Of a DNA stretch of 64,000 nucleotides, positions 22,372 to 33,859 are shown piece by piece (the stretch's first letter is position 1; every line of letters starts with the position of its first letter). Origin of the DNA: Naegleria gruberi (Eukaryota); assembly GCA_000004985.1 (NCBI GenBank), contig GG738903.1; one strand, 5' to 3'. Under the pieces are notes generated by a model. The model saw only the letters and a list, made by a program, of their open reading frames with translations, ran no database searches and was not told the origin of the DNA. A program made the translations under genes and the position numbers.

Positions 22372-24551
22372 GTGTTGATGCCCATTAAACACTTCTTTAC
22401 ATTAAAGAGATTAGAAAGCATCTTAAAGATCCTTATTAAAAAAAATATGAAGACCAAAGTTGCACCTAATATCAAATACGAAACTGAAAGTGTTTCTAGT
22501 TCTTCGGCTGATGGTATCGATGAATTGAAAACTACCTTTTTCTCTTCCATTAAATTTCTGCTCATAATTTTAATTTCCTTATTAATTTTGATTAGTGTCG
22601 TTTTGCTGTCAGTTATTTGGATCAGCAGTTTTAGTTCAGCAGTTGGTGAGATGAGCAGCAAAGTGAGAAGACAAGAATTTGAAAAGATTGTTTCATTCAC
22701 TCAAAGGATTTTAAATGATGTCATGTTAGTGACAGAATCTGTCAAATCTCAATTATATTCTGATTTTGATTTTGACACCATGATTGAAAAGCACATGTTT
22801 AAAGCCATGAGAGTAGCTCAGAAATATCTACCAAGTGTTACCCAGGGAGTCAATATAGGTGATCCATTTGGAGCCTTTTATGGACTAGCTCACTTTGGGG
22901 ATGAAATTACTTTTTATAATATCACTCCAGGAAAAGATCAGTACTATTACAATTGTCGAAACTTTTACACTAGTGACTATTGTAATAGATCTTCTGAACC
23001 TGATATTGTCTATCCTCCATTCACTTCCAATTTTGTGGCAGAATCTGCTTCAGTCAACCCTGGCAATCCGGTGTTTACAGTTTCGTATGTGGATCCAACC
23101 TTACCGAATTTTGTCTTCCTTACAGCAGTCTCATCTTTCAAACAGGGAAATATCAAGTCAGGTGCCAGTTTTTCATACTTTTTTGGTTATGACATGACCG
23201 TGGCTTCAATTTCTGAATTTTTAGTTGAAATTACAAAAGAAGTGAGTGGCTCATCTTCGTTTATTATAGAAAAGAAGACAGATTTCATTATTGCAAGTGA
23301 CCATCCAGAGGTTGCGGTTGCCACAGTCGATTCTCAAGGAAACGTTCAAAGAAAAACAGCAAACGATTTTGGAGGTGATGTTACCAAAATTGGTAATATT
23401 GTTTATGGAGCTTTTAAATCATTTGATGAATTAACTTGCAATACTGAAAGTGTACTATCAGATGTTAGTAATGTCATTTCGGTTTATAGACTTTGTACTG
23501 AGGAGGGATTGGAATGGGTTCTTGTGTTTAGTGTTCCTCACTGGAATTATATTGGATCGATGGTTATTGCGATAATTTGTGCCATTTTGGGATCAATTCT
23601 GATCGTTTCTATTGGTATGGTAANNNNNNNNNNNNNNNNNNNNNNNNNNNNNNNNNNNNNNNNNNNNNNNNNNNNNNNNNNNNNNNNNNNNNNNNNNNNN
23701 NNNNNNNNNNNNNNNAAATGAATCCAACGATACAGTTACACTCTTGACTGACATTTTTGAAATCATTGGACAAGCAGCCAAAACAAGTTGTGGACAAATT
23801 GGAAAGTTTGAAAATGAAATGGTGACTATTCATTTCAATGCCACAAATGATCAAAATCAACATGAAATGAAAGGTCTACAATTATGTCATGTCCTCCTAT
23901 CCAAGTTAAATGGATACAAGGAAAGAAAATTAAGGAAACATCAATTATTGGAAAAGTATAAGGAATCCTCTCTCATAGAACGATTCAACTTTAGAATAGT
24001 TGCCAATAGTCAATATAATTTGTGTGGAAATTTGGGAACGAAACAAGTGATGACATTTTCAATTCTTGGAAGTACACCTTTCAATTTACAATCAATGATT
24101 GAAACTGCTAAGGAATTGGATGTTCCAATATTAATTTCAGATGATTTGAATGAAAAGGTTGATAATTTATTCCAAACTAGATATGTGGATACGAAAGAAA
24201 TGGTCATTGATCAGTATTACACCTCCCCTGTATCTGATTCGAATTTGTTTAGTATGAGAAGAGTTTATGAATTGGGAGAATCTTCTCAAATTGCGCAAGA
24301 TGAATGGATGTAAGTTATCATGGTTCTTTACTAATTAATTTTCAAATAATTTATTCGAAAGGTATGAGTTGGAAGCTAAGGAAAAGAAGAATCGTTGGAA
24401 CAAGTACAATAATGCATGTGCAATGGTCTTTGAGAATAAATATGGTGACGCTGCAAACATGTTGCGGGATTACATTACAGAACTTTCGAATGCAAAACAA
24501 GATTTGGTAGCTATAAGGTTACTTGAAAATTGTGAAAGACTATGCCAGTAA
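22372..24551 (+). CDS. Receptor-type adenylate/guanylate cyclase-like membrane protein (2 TM helices flanking an extracellular domain; degenerate class III cyclase homology domain); interrupted by assembly gap; last exon 24362..24551
   Basis: TM1 FLLIILISLLILISVVLLSVIWI, ~330-aa extracellular region, TM2 MVIAIICAILGSILIVSIGMV, gap, then CHD-like VTLLTDIFEIIG...RIVANSQYNLCGNLGTKQVMTFSILGSTPFNLQSMIETAKELDVPILISDD (cf. RIGIHSGPV.AGVVG...GDTVNTASRMES); GTAAGT intron before final exon YELEAKEKK... Confidence 0.45.
23624..23715. other. Assembly gap (92 N) inside the cyclase-like gene
   Basis: Run of n characters. Confidence 1.
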
Positions 24552-26623
24552 TAAATGTTTACATTATTGGAAACCCACTAGTTGCCCTTCATTTCCTTTT
24601 ATGTGAAAATCATTTTTGTCCAAATACATAATAAGGTAAGTAAAATTGGTTTCTGATGATTTATTATTGATGAAGATGGGTTGTGTTGTGTTGTGCATTT
24701 GTTAATTGTACTCTCGTTCTCCTCACCTTCAGCTTTTCTAACGATTGTTCTGTCAATTCGGAAGCTCTCTTTCTATCAGTGTACAGTAATGCTCTTGCTA
24801 ATTCTAATTTCATATTACAAATAGCATAGAGTCTATTGGCTGATCTATTGGAAACTCGATATTTGATAATGCTAGTTTTTACTACCCGTGATGAAAAGTA
24901 GAGTCTGTGAGAAGTTGAAGGAGCCATTTCGAAATGGTCGTTTGTTATTGTGTTATGTAAACGTGTTGTGTTTTTTTTCTTTTGTGAAAAGCCATTCTCA
25001 TTCGTGTTGGGGCATTGTCTTTCACTTTCCAATAATTATTAATTGGATGAATGCTGCCTAAACCCATGTTTAACAACCCAATTTGTACAATTGGAGTATG
25101 CACCAAAACAGTTACTAATTTCATGGCATGAAGAAGTTGAGAGGTCCGAATATCATAATAATAAAAATAAGATCAATAAGGTACAGAGTGCACATAGTTC
25201 TACAACGAAGCGTCTGGTTATTAGTGCGTGCCATTGATTACTTGGTGTTAAAATGGTGTTAGCCTTCAGGATTAGAAGAAACCTTTCGAATAGAATTTCC
25301 AACCAACACGGAACAAACTGTCATCCTTCAAATCCGTAATGCAATAACCCACTTGCCAAAGGATTCGAATGTCTAACAATGTTGATTAATTTCACAAAAA
25401 AGAGAGCCACTGTCCCTTCTTGACACAAAGGAGAAACTCCCATTGAGTACATTATTAATTAGTCAAGAAATATATTTCAACTATCGTGAATATTTTGCAA
25501 TATTACTAGAATGGATCATTAAAATTATGGACATGAATTTCATGAAAATTAATTTCATTATTATAGCCATTGAGCCCTCGGTTGCAAGTCAATCAAATAG
25601 ATGCATTATGTTGATAAGTGTATGATTCATCAATTTAATATTTTCATCATGACGAATACATTTTGAAAGTGAATATGAAGATGTTATGCATGTTGAAATA
25701 TTAAATGGATGTTGTATGATGCATGCATCAGAATATTCAAAGCCTTTACATCTAGTACACATCTACATCTTGATAATAGATGTAGTCTTCTTTCCTCATG
25801 TAATTTACTCCTTTAAATTCCAAATTTTGTTATTACATATTATTCAAACCTTCCAAACGAACATACAACAAATTCACCAAATTTATTCTTTGGAAAGAAT
25901 TGTTGACTGCATCACGTGTTATTTTTTTTTTGGTTGTTTTTTGGAAATTTTGTAAACCGTTGTAGTTTTGGAATGGGTTTTTTGACAGGTTCAACAAAAG
26001 ACCATCGATTTCATTGACCACATTTTCAATAAATTAAGAATTGCAATTAAATACAATGTAATACTGAAAATTTGGTGCTTAAGGAAGCAACGCCAGAAGT
26101 TACTGTTACGAAAAACCAAAAAACAAATTTAAAAAAAATGTCCAATCACCAAAGAGCTCTTCTTGCCCCAGAGAATCAACACATGATGATGGACGAGCAT
26201 CCATCTTTTATTCTCTCCACCAATTATCAATACAATGAAGATGATAAATCCATGACTGTTGCCGATTTTCTCCGTAAACAAGTTGCTTTAAAGGTAAATT
26301 ATCATCCTATTAATACTTCAACAATTAATCCCAATTCAAACAACAATTTACACAGAATGATGAAATGAAATTATTATCAGAACGTATGATACAACAACTT
26401 GTTGCCAATGGAATCAAACATCGAGAAGAGATCAAACAAGCCTTCAGAAACCAACAAAAACAATAATTCTTCTTTGATGATGTTCAATGTCGAATTGGAC
26501 TCTGATGAAGAATTGTTGCGATTTGTCCATTCAAAAAAATGGAGCAATTAAACGGTTTGCCTGTTCTATCGCCATCAGTATTGACAACATCTCCACATTC
26601 TGGAGAATTGGGTGTCAGCAACA

Positions 26624-28435
26624 ATGAATACTACAGGTAAATCATCATCGGACGAATGTCATCCCATTGCATGTATTCGATGTAGAAAGTTGCATAAAAA
26701 GGTTTGTCTCAAATTTAGTGAAGGTTTTTTACCCTTTCTTGTTGTTTAGTGTGATAAAAAGCTAGCTGGTTGTTCCAAATGTGCATCAGCAGGTGTTGAA
26801 TGTATTGTAGGTTGATGATTATTATCTTCTAACTTATCTTCCATAGTATAATTCTCCTCAGAAGAGAGGCAAAGGCTCGGAAATTTATGCCAAAACACCT
26901 AAAGATAAATCAGACAAAGATATTAACACCCAGAAACCAAGTAAGAAGAAGAAGAAAACTGCTGATAGTGTAATAATAATAGTAGTATTAGTAATGTGGA
27001 AGTTGTGAACAATTCAACGACAAACGAAACAAATAATCATAGTACGAACTCTACTCCGACTAGTAGTGCATCAACAGCGACAGTAACAACAACATCACCA
27101 CCATCTTTATTGTCACCTAATCATTTAGTAGAATTGTATTATACTTTCGTTTGTGGAATTCATCCAATGATAGAAAAGGATAAATTTAAATATTTTGTAA
27201 ATAATTGCCTTCCACAGTTTGAGAGAAGAGCAGAGTTGCATTTGGATCCAAATATTTGGATAAAATCTGTTGAGGAAATGAGATGCCTTTATGCATTATA
27301 TTTGGCAATAATGACAATGGGATCTCACCTAGTTGCTGATTTGAATTCAGTTGATTTTTATGCAAGAAAGGCTGAGCTGGAGATTGCCCTTCTTTCTCTC
27401 GATCATTCCACTGAGTTTTATTGGGCTGCTGCATGTCACTATATTTACTTGCACTATGTATCAGATGGGGACAATTACAAAGCAGGGTATTATTTGGCTA
27501 AAGTGAATTATTATTTCAATAGTCAAAAGGAAAAACCTAGTCCTAACAAATATTTTCATTTGTTAGAGTTCCACTCTTCAGTTGTTGCAAGTAGATTTAA
27601 TGAAGAGGCAAACACGTTTCAAAGTTTAATGAAGGGAATGAGTAGCATGTTTTATCATTATTCCAATCGAAAGATAGAGGATACACTATTGCCTGGGACT
27701 TGGGAGTATTGTATGAATACGAAACTATGCCAACAAAACTATATTCTATTCAAGCAAGTTTCAGAGTTTATTTTCAAAAATTTGGCTCATTTCAAGCTTC
27801 ATACTATGAAAACATTAACAGATTGTCATAGTGAGGGATTTTTTAAGTCTCAACGACTGCTCGCTTTATTTGTTGCTGAGGGATATACTATTTTATTTAT
27901 GAAACAAATACCAGAGATTAGTTATTCTGTACTTGAAGAAGCATGTCTGAAAGTCACATTGTTGACTGAAAATGAGGTTTTCCCATTCGTTTTACTTGCA
28001 GCTATCTATATTATTGTTGAGGCAGCTCAATTTCATCTGGAGGCTTGCAAACAAATTGAAAGAGGACTTAAACCTAGGAAGGCCACTGTTTTTACATCAG
28101 CAGGAAAGGTCATTACATTTGATTATTTTTCAATATTGGAAAAGGATCTGCGAGCACTTCACGTTTTGGGTCAACGTTACAGGAGAGTTAGCGCTTCACA
28201 TAGTGATCTAATGTTGGAAATATCTCAAATATTGGAAAGGAATAATAATGTAGACATGTCTCCTCCAGTTTTCTCTTCTTCAAAATTCACACCACCTCTT
28301 CAATCCATTCCACAACAGGATGAAGTTCTTGCAAGACAATTAGAAGAACAACACAATGTTAGCAAATCAGAAGATACAGAATCTTTCCTTTCCGATCAAT
28401 CTCTAGGCCCTTGGGAAGAATTATTCAAAGATTGA
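26624..28435 (+). CDS. Zn(II)2Cys6 binuclear-cluster (fungal-type) transcription factor with fungal_trans-like middle domain; exon junctions between cluster and main ORF unresolved
   Basis: MNTTGKSSSDECHPIACIRCRKLHKK(intron)CDKKLAGCSKCASAGVECI gives CX2CX6CX6CX2CX6C; basic linker KRGKGSEIYAKTPKDKSDK...KKKKK; main ORF 26996..28435 contains LYYTFVCGIHPMIEKDKF, resembling the fungal-specific TF domain start. Confidence 0.6.
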
Positions 28436-28515
28436 AACCTCATCAAATAAATAATTCACACACACGATGATCATCTTCCATCATGAAATGGATTGCATTG
28501 AATTAATTGCTTACA

Positions 28516-30498
28516 ATGAAAAAAAATATCACGACAAGCAACATGTCAGTTGTGCTTCTTCCTGAAATCCTTGGTGAAGTGTTCACTTTTTTACCCTATC
28601 GTTTATTATTTAATACAATCAGGAGAGTTTGTAAAGAATGGAATCACTTGATCACTGATGGTTCTTCCATCCGAAACAGTTCATTGAAAATTGTTTCTCT
28701 CTGTTTTATGAAAGAGGAGAGAAGACAAGCCTTCTGGGAATGTTGCAAAGCAGGCTACTTTAATAAGAGTATTGAAGAGTTGATTATCCGATTGCCAAAA
28801 GAAATGATGTGGAATCAGACAGAGAAGGAAATATTGGATTCCGATGATAATTCACTGTTACACTATTTTCAGAGTGTTAAAAGTTTGTCCTTGAGAGATT
28901 CTAAAATTTATTCTGATAATTTTGGTATGATGTTGGAGAATTGCAAATCAGCTGCAACTCTTGAGGGTATTACAGAGTTGAGTGTTGAAAATAATGGATT
29001 GAATAATCTTGATATTAATTTAATTGCTGAAAAACTTCCTAATTTAACACATATTGATATTTCATCCAATCCTATTAATGAAGGTGGCTTGGATGTATTG
29101 CTGACCAATCAAAAGTTAAAGACAATTTTTGCAGGTGTAAACGAAATTGAAGATGAAACAGATTTGGACAAGATGAAATGCACACAAATTGAAGAGTTAA
29201 CTATTAGTAATACTGATTTTGGAGATAGATATTTGGAACTTTTATTTGATCATAAGAAGAATAGAGATTTATTGAAGAATATGAAGGAGTTAGATTTGAT
29301 GGATACGTTGCCGTCCGATGTTGGATTGTCGTACATGAAAAACTATCCATATCCAACAAATATCACCTTCCTTAATTTGGAATATAATGAGCTGTTGCCA
29401 GAAACTCTTGCCATTATCACCCAGAGCCAAGCTCTATCCAATTTGAAGACTCTATTACTTCCAAATGGATCTATTCTTTCTGAGGGGTTTAGCTTGATTA
29501 CAAAATGCCCTTTTTTCAAAAATGTCACTAAATTGGATGTTAGTAATAACACAATTGGAGATGAGGGATTTATTCACTTTGGAACAGAAAATTTCACTCT
29601 CAAAAACCTAATTCATTTCAAATGCAATACTAACACAGTTGGTTATGAAGGATATCAACATTTTTTCAAGGAACCTTCTCTTTCAGGACTACAAAAGCTT
29701 AAGATTGCAGATACCAACTTTGATGATGACTCTGTGAGTGAATTGGCGTCTGCAAATTTGGCTTCCTTGAAAGTTCTTGATTTTGTAGGAAATATTATAA
29801 CTGATAAGGGATTTGAAACTCTTTCTCAACTCAAGGCACCAAAATTGGAAAAAATTTTATGTGGAGGTTCCAATGCAACTTCCTACAAGGGAGCAATTTA
29901 CTTTTTGGAGAATTGCTCTCTGCCAAATCTCAAATATTTGGATATTGATTTTTATGAAGAGTACAAGGAAGAAAATAAGGAAATTCTTGATGGTCCAGAA
30001 GTTGTTGAATTAGTAAAGGCCAATTCATTAAAAGTTGCCAAGGTATTAGTGCAAAGATTTCCAAGATTGAATGGTATTAAATATGACTCATATATCAGTG
30101 TTGAGATATTGAAAGTATTCCTTGATGGATTATCAGAACTGATTTCATTGTGTATTCAGGTTAATTTTATAGATGATGATCACATTATTTTACTGACCAG
30201 CCATCCACAGGCTGCCAAATTAGAAAAGCTTTACCTTTCAGATAATAAGATTACAGATGTTGGAGCTAAACTCATTTCTGAATGCGCACAGTTCAAGAAT
30301 TTACTAGAGCTTTCATGTGAAGATAATTTATTTACAGATGAAGGATGGAAGTTAATATTTTCAAGTAGAAATTTAATGTCCCTCACAAAATTATTTACAG
30401 ATTTCAATGAGAATGATATAGTTGACTGTGAATTATTGAATATTGATTATATATCGGCTTCTGATAAAGATCTCTATGAAGATGCTGAAGAAGAGTAA
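28516..30498 (+). CDS. F-box-like / RNI-type leucine-rich repeat protein
   Basis: N-terminus LLPEILGEVFTFLPYRLLFNTIRRVCKEWNHLI (F-box-like) followed by many ~28-aa LRRs (L..LDIS.N.IGDEG...L). Confidence 0.6.
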   Translation: MKKNITTSNMSVVLLPEILGEVFTFLPYRLLFNTIRRVCKEWNHLITDGSSIRNSSLKIVSLCFMKEERRQAFWECCKAGYFNKSIEELIIRLPKEMMWNQTEKEILDSDDNSLLHYFQSVKSLSLRDSKIYSDNFGMMLENCKSAATLEGITELSVENNGLNNLDINLIAEKLPNLTHIDISSNPINEGGLDVLLTNQKLKTIFAGVNEIEDETDLDKMKCTQIEELTISNTDFGDRYLELLFDHKKNRDLLKNMKELDLMDTLPSDVGLSYMKNYPYPTNITFLNLEYNELLPETLAIITQSQALSNLKTLLLPNGSILSEGFSLITKCPFFKNVTKLDVSNNTIGDEGFIHFGTENFTLKNLIHFKCNTNTVGYEGYQHFFKEPSLSGLQKLKIADTNFDDDSVSELASANLASLKVLDFVGNIITDKGFETLSQLKAPKLEKILCGGSNATSYKGAIYFLENCSLPNLKYLDIDFYEEYKEENKEILDGPEVVELVKANSLKVAKVLVQRFPRLNGIKYDSYISVEILKVFLDGLSELISLCIQVNFIDDDHIILLTSHPQAAKLEKLYLSDNKITDVGAKLISECAQFKNLLELSCEDNLFTDEGWKLIFSSRNLMSLTKLFTDFNENDIVDCELLNIDYISASDKDLYEDAEEE

Positions 30499-30504
30499 AT
30501 AGCA

Positions 30505-31668
30505 CTAATCCTTTACTACATTAATCCTTAGCAAGTGTTCTATAGTTTCTCTAATCATCACGTTATTGTTGATGAATTCCATTCCCAAATCTTGTTTAAT
30601 TTTCTTATTGGAATAATAGGATGGCTTACCAAGGTTACTGTTAATACCTTGCCTTACTCCTTTTGGTTGAAATAGAGCTAATCCCTTCACAAGAATAGTT
30701 CCAAAACCTCCTTCCAATGACAATGTTGGTAATTGCTTTAGGAAATTTCTCTCTGGGAATTCTTTCTTAATTATTTCACATATTTGTCTAATTGAGATGG
30801 TTTCATCTCCACAACAAATGAAACGTTCTCCTTTGGATGGTAAAAATCTTTGTGGATTATCCATATCTAATTCCATACACTTGACATGTGAAAGAGCAAC
30901 ATCTTTCACATCTACAAAGGTCATGTACATTGCAATTAGAGCTGGCATTTCACCATTTACAACTTTGGCTACAATATCATGAGTTTGGTTGACTTGTTGT
31001 GGAAGAACTGGTTTACCAATGACGCCGCTAGGATTAATGGTTGCCAATTCAATGAAATCTTGTCCATGTTTAGTTTGCATTTCTTTCATTAGCTTCCAAG
31101 CTGCCTTCTCAGAAGTTACTTTGGAATAATAATAAGGATTTCTATCAACAGTTGACAATTCATTCCAATCATCCTCGGTGTAGATCTTATCCTTCTCAGC
31201 AGTATCACAAATAGCAACAATGGATGAAGTGATAATCACTCTCTGTAATCTATTGACATCATGCGTTGCTTGTTCTTGTCTGAGCTTGATACATTCATTT
31301 AGAATATTCAAAGTTCCTTTCACAGCTGGGTCAACCAATTCCTGTTGTGCATCTTTAACATCTAATTTATATGGACTGGCCACATGATGAACGAAACGAC
31401 ATCCCTTAATGACATCTGCAAAACTTCCTTCTTTCATTAAATCTGCCTCAAAGATTGATAAACGCTCGTTCAATACTTGTTCAGTGAGTAGTTGAGTTGG
31501 ATCTGTGCAATTCTCCTTGTGGTATTGCAGGAGTGCATCTCTCAATTCATCCTTCTTTTTCAAATCTCTTATGGTAGTATTGACATGATAGCCCTTCAAT
31601 AATAACTGATAAACCAAGTGGCTAGCAACAAAGCCAGTGCCACCAGTAACGCACACCCTTATGGACAT
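30505..31668 (-). CDS. NAD(P)-dependent epimerase/dehydratase-family reductase (cinnamoyl-CoA/dihydroflavonol-reductase-like)
   Basis: MSIRVCVTGGTGFVASHLVYQLLLKGYHV Rossmann GxxGxxG at N-terminus, YxxxK-type region (PYYYSKVTSEKAAWK); ORF open upstream to 31815 but first Met consistent with family is at 31668. Confidence 0.6.
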   Translation of the reverse strand: MSIRVCVTGGTGFVASHLVYQLLLKGYHVNTTIRDLKKKDELRDALLQYHKENCTDPTQLLTEQVLNERLSIFEADLMKEGSFADVIKGCRFVHHVASPYKLDVKDAQQELVDPAVKGTLNILNECIKLRQEQATHDVNRLQRVIITSSIVAICDTAEKDKIYTEDDWNELSTVDRNPYYYSKVTSEKAAWKLMKEMQTKHGQDFIELATINPSGVIGKPVLPQQVNQTHDIVAKVVNGEMPALIAMYMTFVDVKDVALSHVKCMELDMDNPQRFLPSKGERFICCGDETISIRQICEIIKKEFPERNFLKQLPTLSLEGGFGTILVKGLALFQPKGVRQGINSNLGKPSYYSNKKIKQDLGMEFINNNVMIRETIEHLLRINVVKD

Positions 31669-32111
31669 TTGATTTGTTTTTTTTTGGTTTCTTGCTGTTG
31701 TAAATCTAAACCATTTCTGTTTTTGAAGAATCTGCTGCGTGAGCACTAATGTTGGCTTGAAAATGATGGAAAATATGTGCGTTTCATCTTCGAACCAATT
31801 GAAGTGCTCACTCAATATTCAATACAATGACAATACCCTACAGACAGGGTACTCCGGATTGCCCCATGCATTTTTAAAATTAGCCAAACTCCAAGGCAGT
31901 GTTGTGGTAGTTGACTCAATTATGCCTGAAAACCTTTTCTCAAGAATTTCCACCGTGTCGTTGTATTGGATAGGAATCAATCTAAATTTACTGTGGTTCA
32001 ATTTAATTGGTTTCAGGAAGAAAATATTTCATCAATGCGCAATACCATAAAATATTCTTTGAATATTTCAATTGAGTGTTGGTGATATGAAAATGCAATC
32101 CTCCAAAATTC

Positions 32112-33068
32112 TCAAATGCATAAAGATCGCTCTGCTGAACTATTCTCCAAATCACTCTTAGTTGTAAGGAGAATTACTTCTGGATTGATGGCATGAGTAC
32201 GAAATTCCTCCTTTTTGTAATCAAACACGTGCTTTACATTACTGGAATAAGGATTTCCTAATAGTAAGATTGTTGAAGTAGCTCTATAAAAGGTGAATGG
32301 AATGTGTAAAACTCTCTCACCAGAGTAACTATCCCACAATTCCAGCTTTAACTTTGTTTCTTGGCCAATGTTGAATTGCTTAACTGCAAAATCAATTCCA
32401 ATTGGAGGTAGAATGAATGGATTTAAGGAAACAGGTGAATCTTTCATGGCACACTCGTGAAATGAGGTTTTTCCTGATTTATGTTCTCCATCCAATAAAA
32501 CTTTGACCATTTGGGGAGAATTCTTTGGTGGGATAGAAGAAGCAATAGCATCAACTGTGTTGCTTTCTGATGAAGAAGTTTTGAAGAATCCAAGAAAACT
32601 GTCGAATAATCCTGTTTTTGACTTTTCCTTTTTTGATTTACTTTTCGAATCTTGATACTCATTGAAAAAACCTTTCAATATTACTAATTCTTCATCTACC
32701 CAACTGTCATCAACAGAAATTATTTTAGAATCTCCAGAAATTATTGCAATTTTTGCTAATTTACATGCAAATTCATAAACTTGCCTTCTCAACAAATACT
32801 TGATGAACTTCCTTGCCCGAAAATCAGAAGATAGCAACAACTGATCCAACTCTTTAAATCCCGAACATTTTAATTTAAATTTTCTAATTAATATTTCATA
32901 TTCTTTCCAAATTAATTCAATAGATTTTCCTCTCCACTTTTTACACACTCTCCCAAATATGAAAAACAATTCCACACTATTGAAAAAATGTAATACTTCT
33001 CCGATTATCATATCATTAGGCAATTCATGAAAAAGAGTGGAGTAAGAAATTGTTTTGCATGTTTCCAT
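32112..33068 (-). CDS. F-box-like domain fused to a Rab-like small GTPase domain with degenerate G3/G4 motifs
   Basis: N-terminus LFHELPNDMIIGEVLHFFNSVELFFIFGRVCKKWR (F-box-like). C-terminal half begins with G1 GEHKSGKTS. It continues PPIGIDFAVKQF..KLKLELWDSYSGERV (cf. Rab PTIGVDF...KLQIWDTAGQERF), then YRATSTILLLGNPYSS. It ends with ILLTTKSDL (cf. LLVGNKCDL). Confidence 0.5.
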   Translation of the reverse strand: METCKTISYSTLFHELPNDMIIGEVLHFFNSVELFFIFGRVCKKWRGKSIELIWKEYEILIRKFKLKCSGFKELDQLLLSSDFRARKFIKYLLRRQVYEFACKLAKIAIISGDSKIISVDDSWVDEELVILKGFFNEYQDSKSKSKKEKSKTGLFDSFLGFFKTSSSESNTVDAIASSIPPKNSPQMVKVLLDGEHKSGKTSFHECAMKDSPVSLNPFILPPIGIDFAVKQFNIGQETKLKLELWDSYSGERVLHIPFTFYRATSTILLLGNPYSSNVKHVFDYKKEEFRTHAINPEVILLTTKSDLENSSAERSLCI

Positions 33069-33198
33069 TTTTTTTGTAAACTTTGCAAAACTTTGAAATC
33101 TCTAACATGTCATAGGAAAGTTGAAATAGAAATATCAAAGAAATTGACATTTCATGCTACTTTACATTCTCGTAAATTGTCCAAATAACAAGAGCCAT

Positions 33199-33570
33199 TC
33201 AATTATTCATACTTTTATCAAATTTGAGATTCATCAGATCAGTGGAAGAGCACAATATTCTAAAGAACTTTCCAGACAAGAAATACTTTGGAAAGGTAAT
33301 CCATTGCTCAATGAATATTCTCTTAATAAAATCCCATGGACCTGTAAATGGTTCTGGCTTATTTGTTTCCAACTTGTGTCCAATGTTTTGCATGCCCATG
33401 GCTATGGCCATAATGGGAAAACCAATAATTGAAAGAAATGGTTGAATAAAAAAGAGGACAATGGTCAGAATGGAGCCAACCATGAATAGTGGAACAAAAA
33501 ACAAGTGCAATAGCAAATTAATTTTGGAAGAGTGGCGACTTTGATAAACATTCAGAGGGTTTTGAGTCAT
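33199..33570 (-). CDS. Small multi-pass membrane protein, possibly DUF962/Mpo1-like; 3' end probably spliced
   Basis: Hydrophobic segments LLLHLFFVPLFMVGSILTIVLFFI and IIGFPIMAIAMGMQNIGHKLETNKPEP (GH..E..KP motif resembles DUF962); weak. Confidence 0.3.
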   Translation of the reverse strand: MTQNPLNVYQSRHSSKINLLLHLFFVPLFMVGSILTIVLFFIQPFLSIIGFPIMAIAMGMQNIGHKLETNKPEPFTGPWDFIKRIFIEQWITFPKYFLSGKFFRILCSSTDLMNLKFDKSMNN

Positions 33571-33859
33571 TTTCTTGTTGTTTCGAATTGTTTCGAATAG
33601 ATTAGTTTGGATTGAGTTAGTTAAAGTATTGGAAATGTCCTATTGTTCCAATAGTACTCTTCCTTGGTCAGATTCTAATTGAGTCGGTTTTTTGCGGATA
33701 ATCTTCCATGACCTGTGGATTTTGATATCTCAACCAAAACTCCTTTCGAAATAGATTTTGAAATGGAAGATTTTCCTTGTGAACAATTGGCTCAATTCTT
33801 CCTTAATGTTTCAGTTGGTTTCGTTTCTATAATTCGAAAGTGAGAATTTTTGAAATAAT

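Noticed and set aside
24552-26500. ~2 kb region with only short ORFs (24664..25032 minus; 26132..26500 plus two-exon candidate MSNHQRALLAPENQ...)
   Set aside because: No recognisable motifs and ORFs are short; could be small genes or UTRs of flanking genes but unsupported from sequence alone
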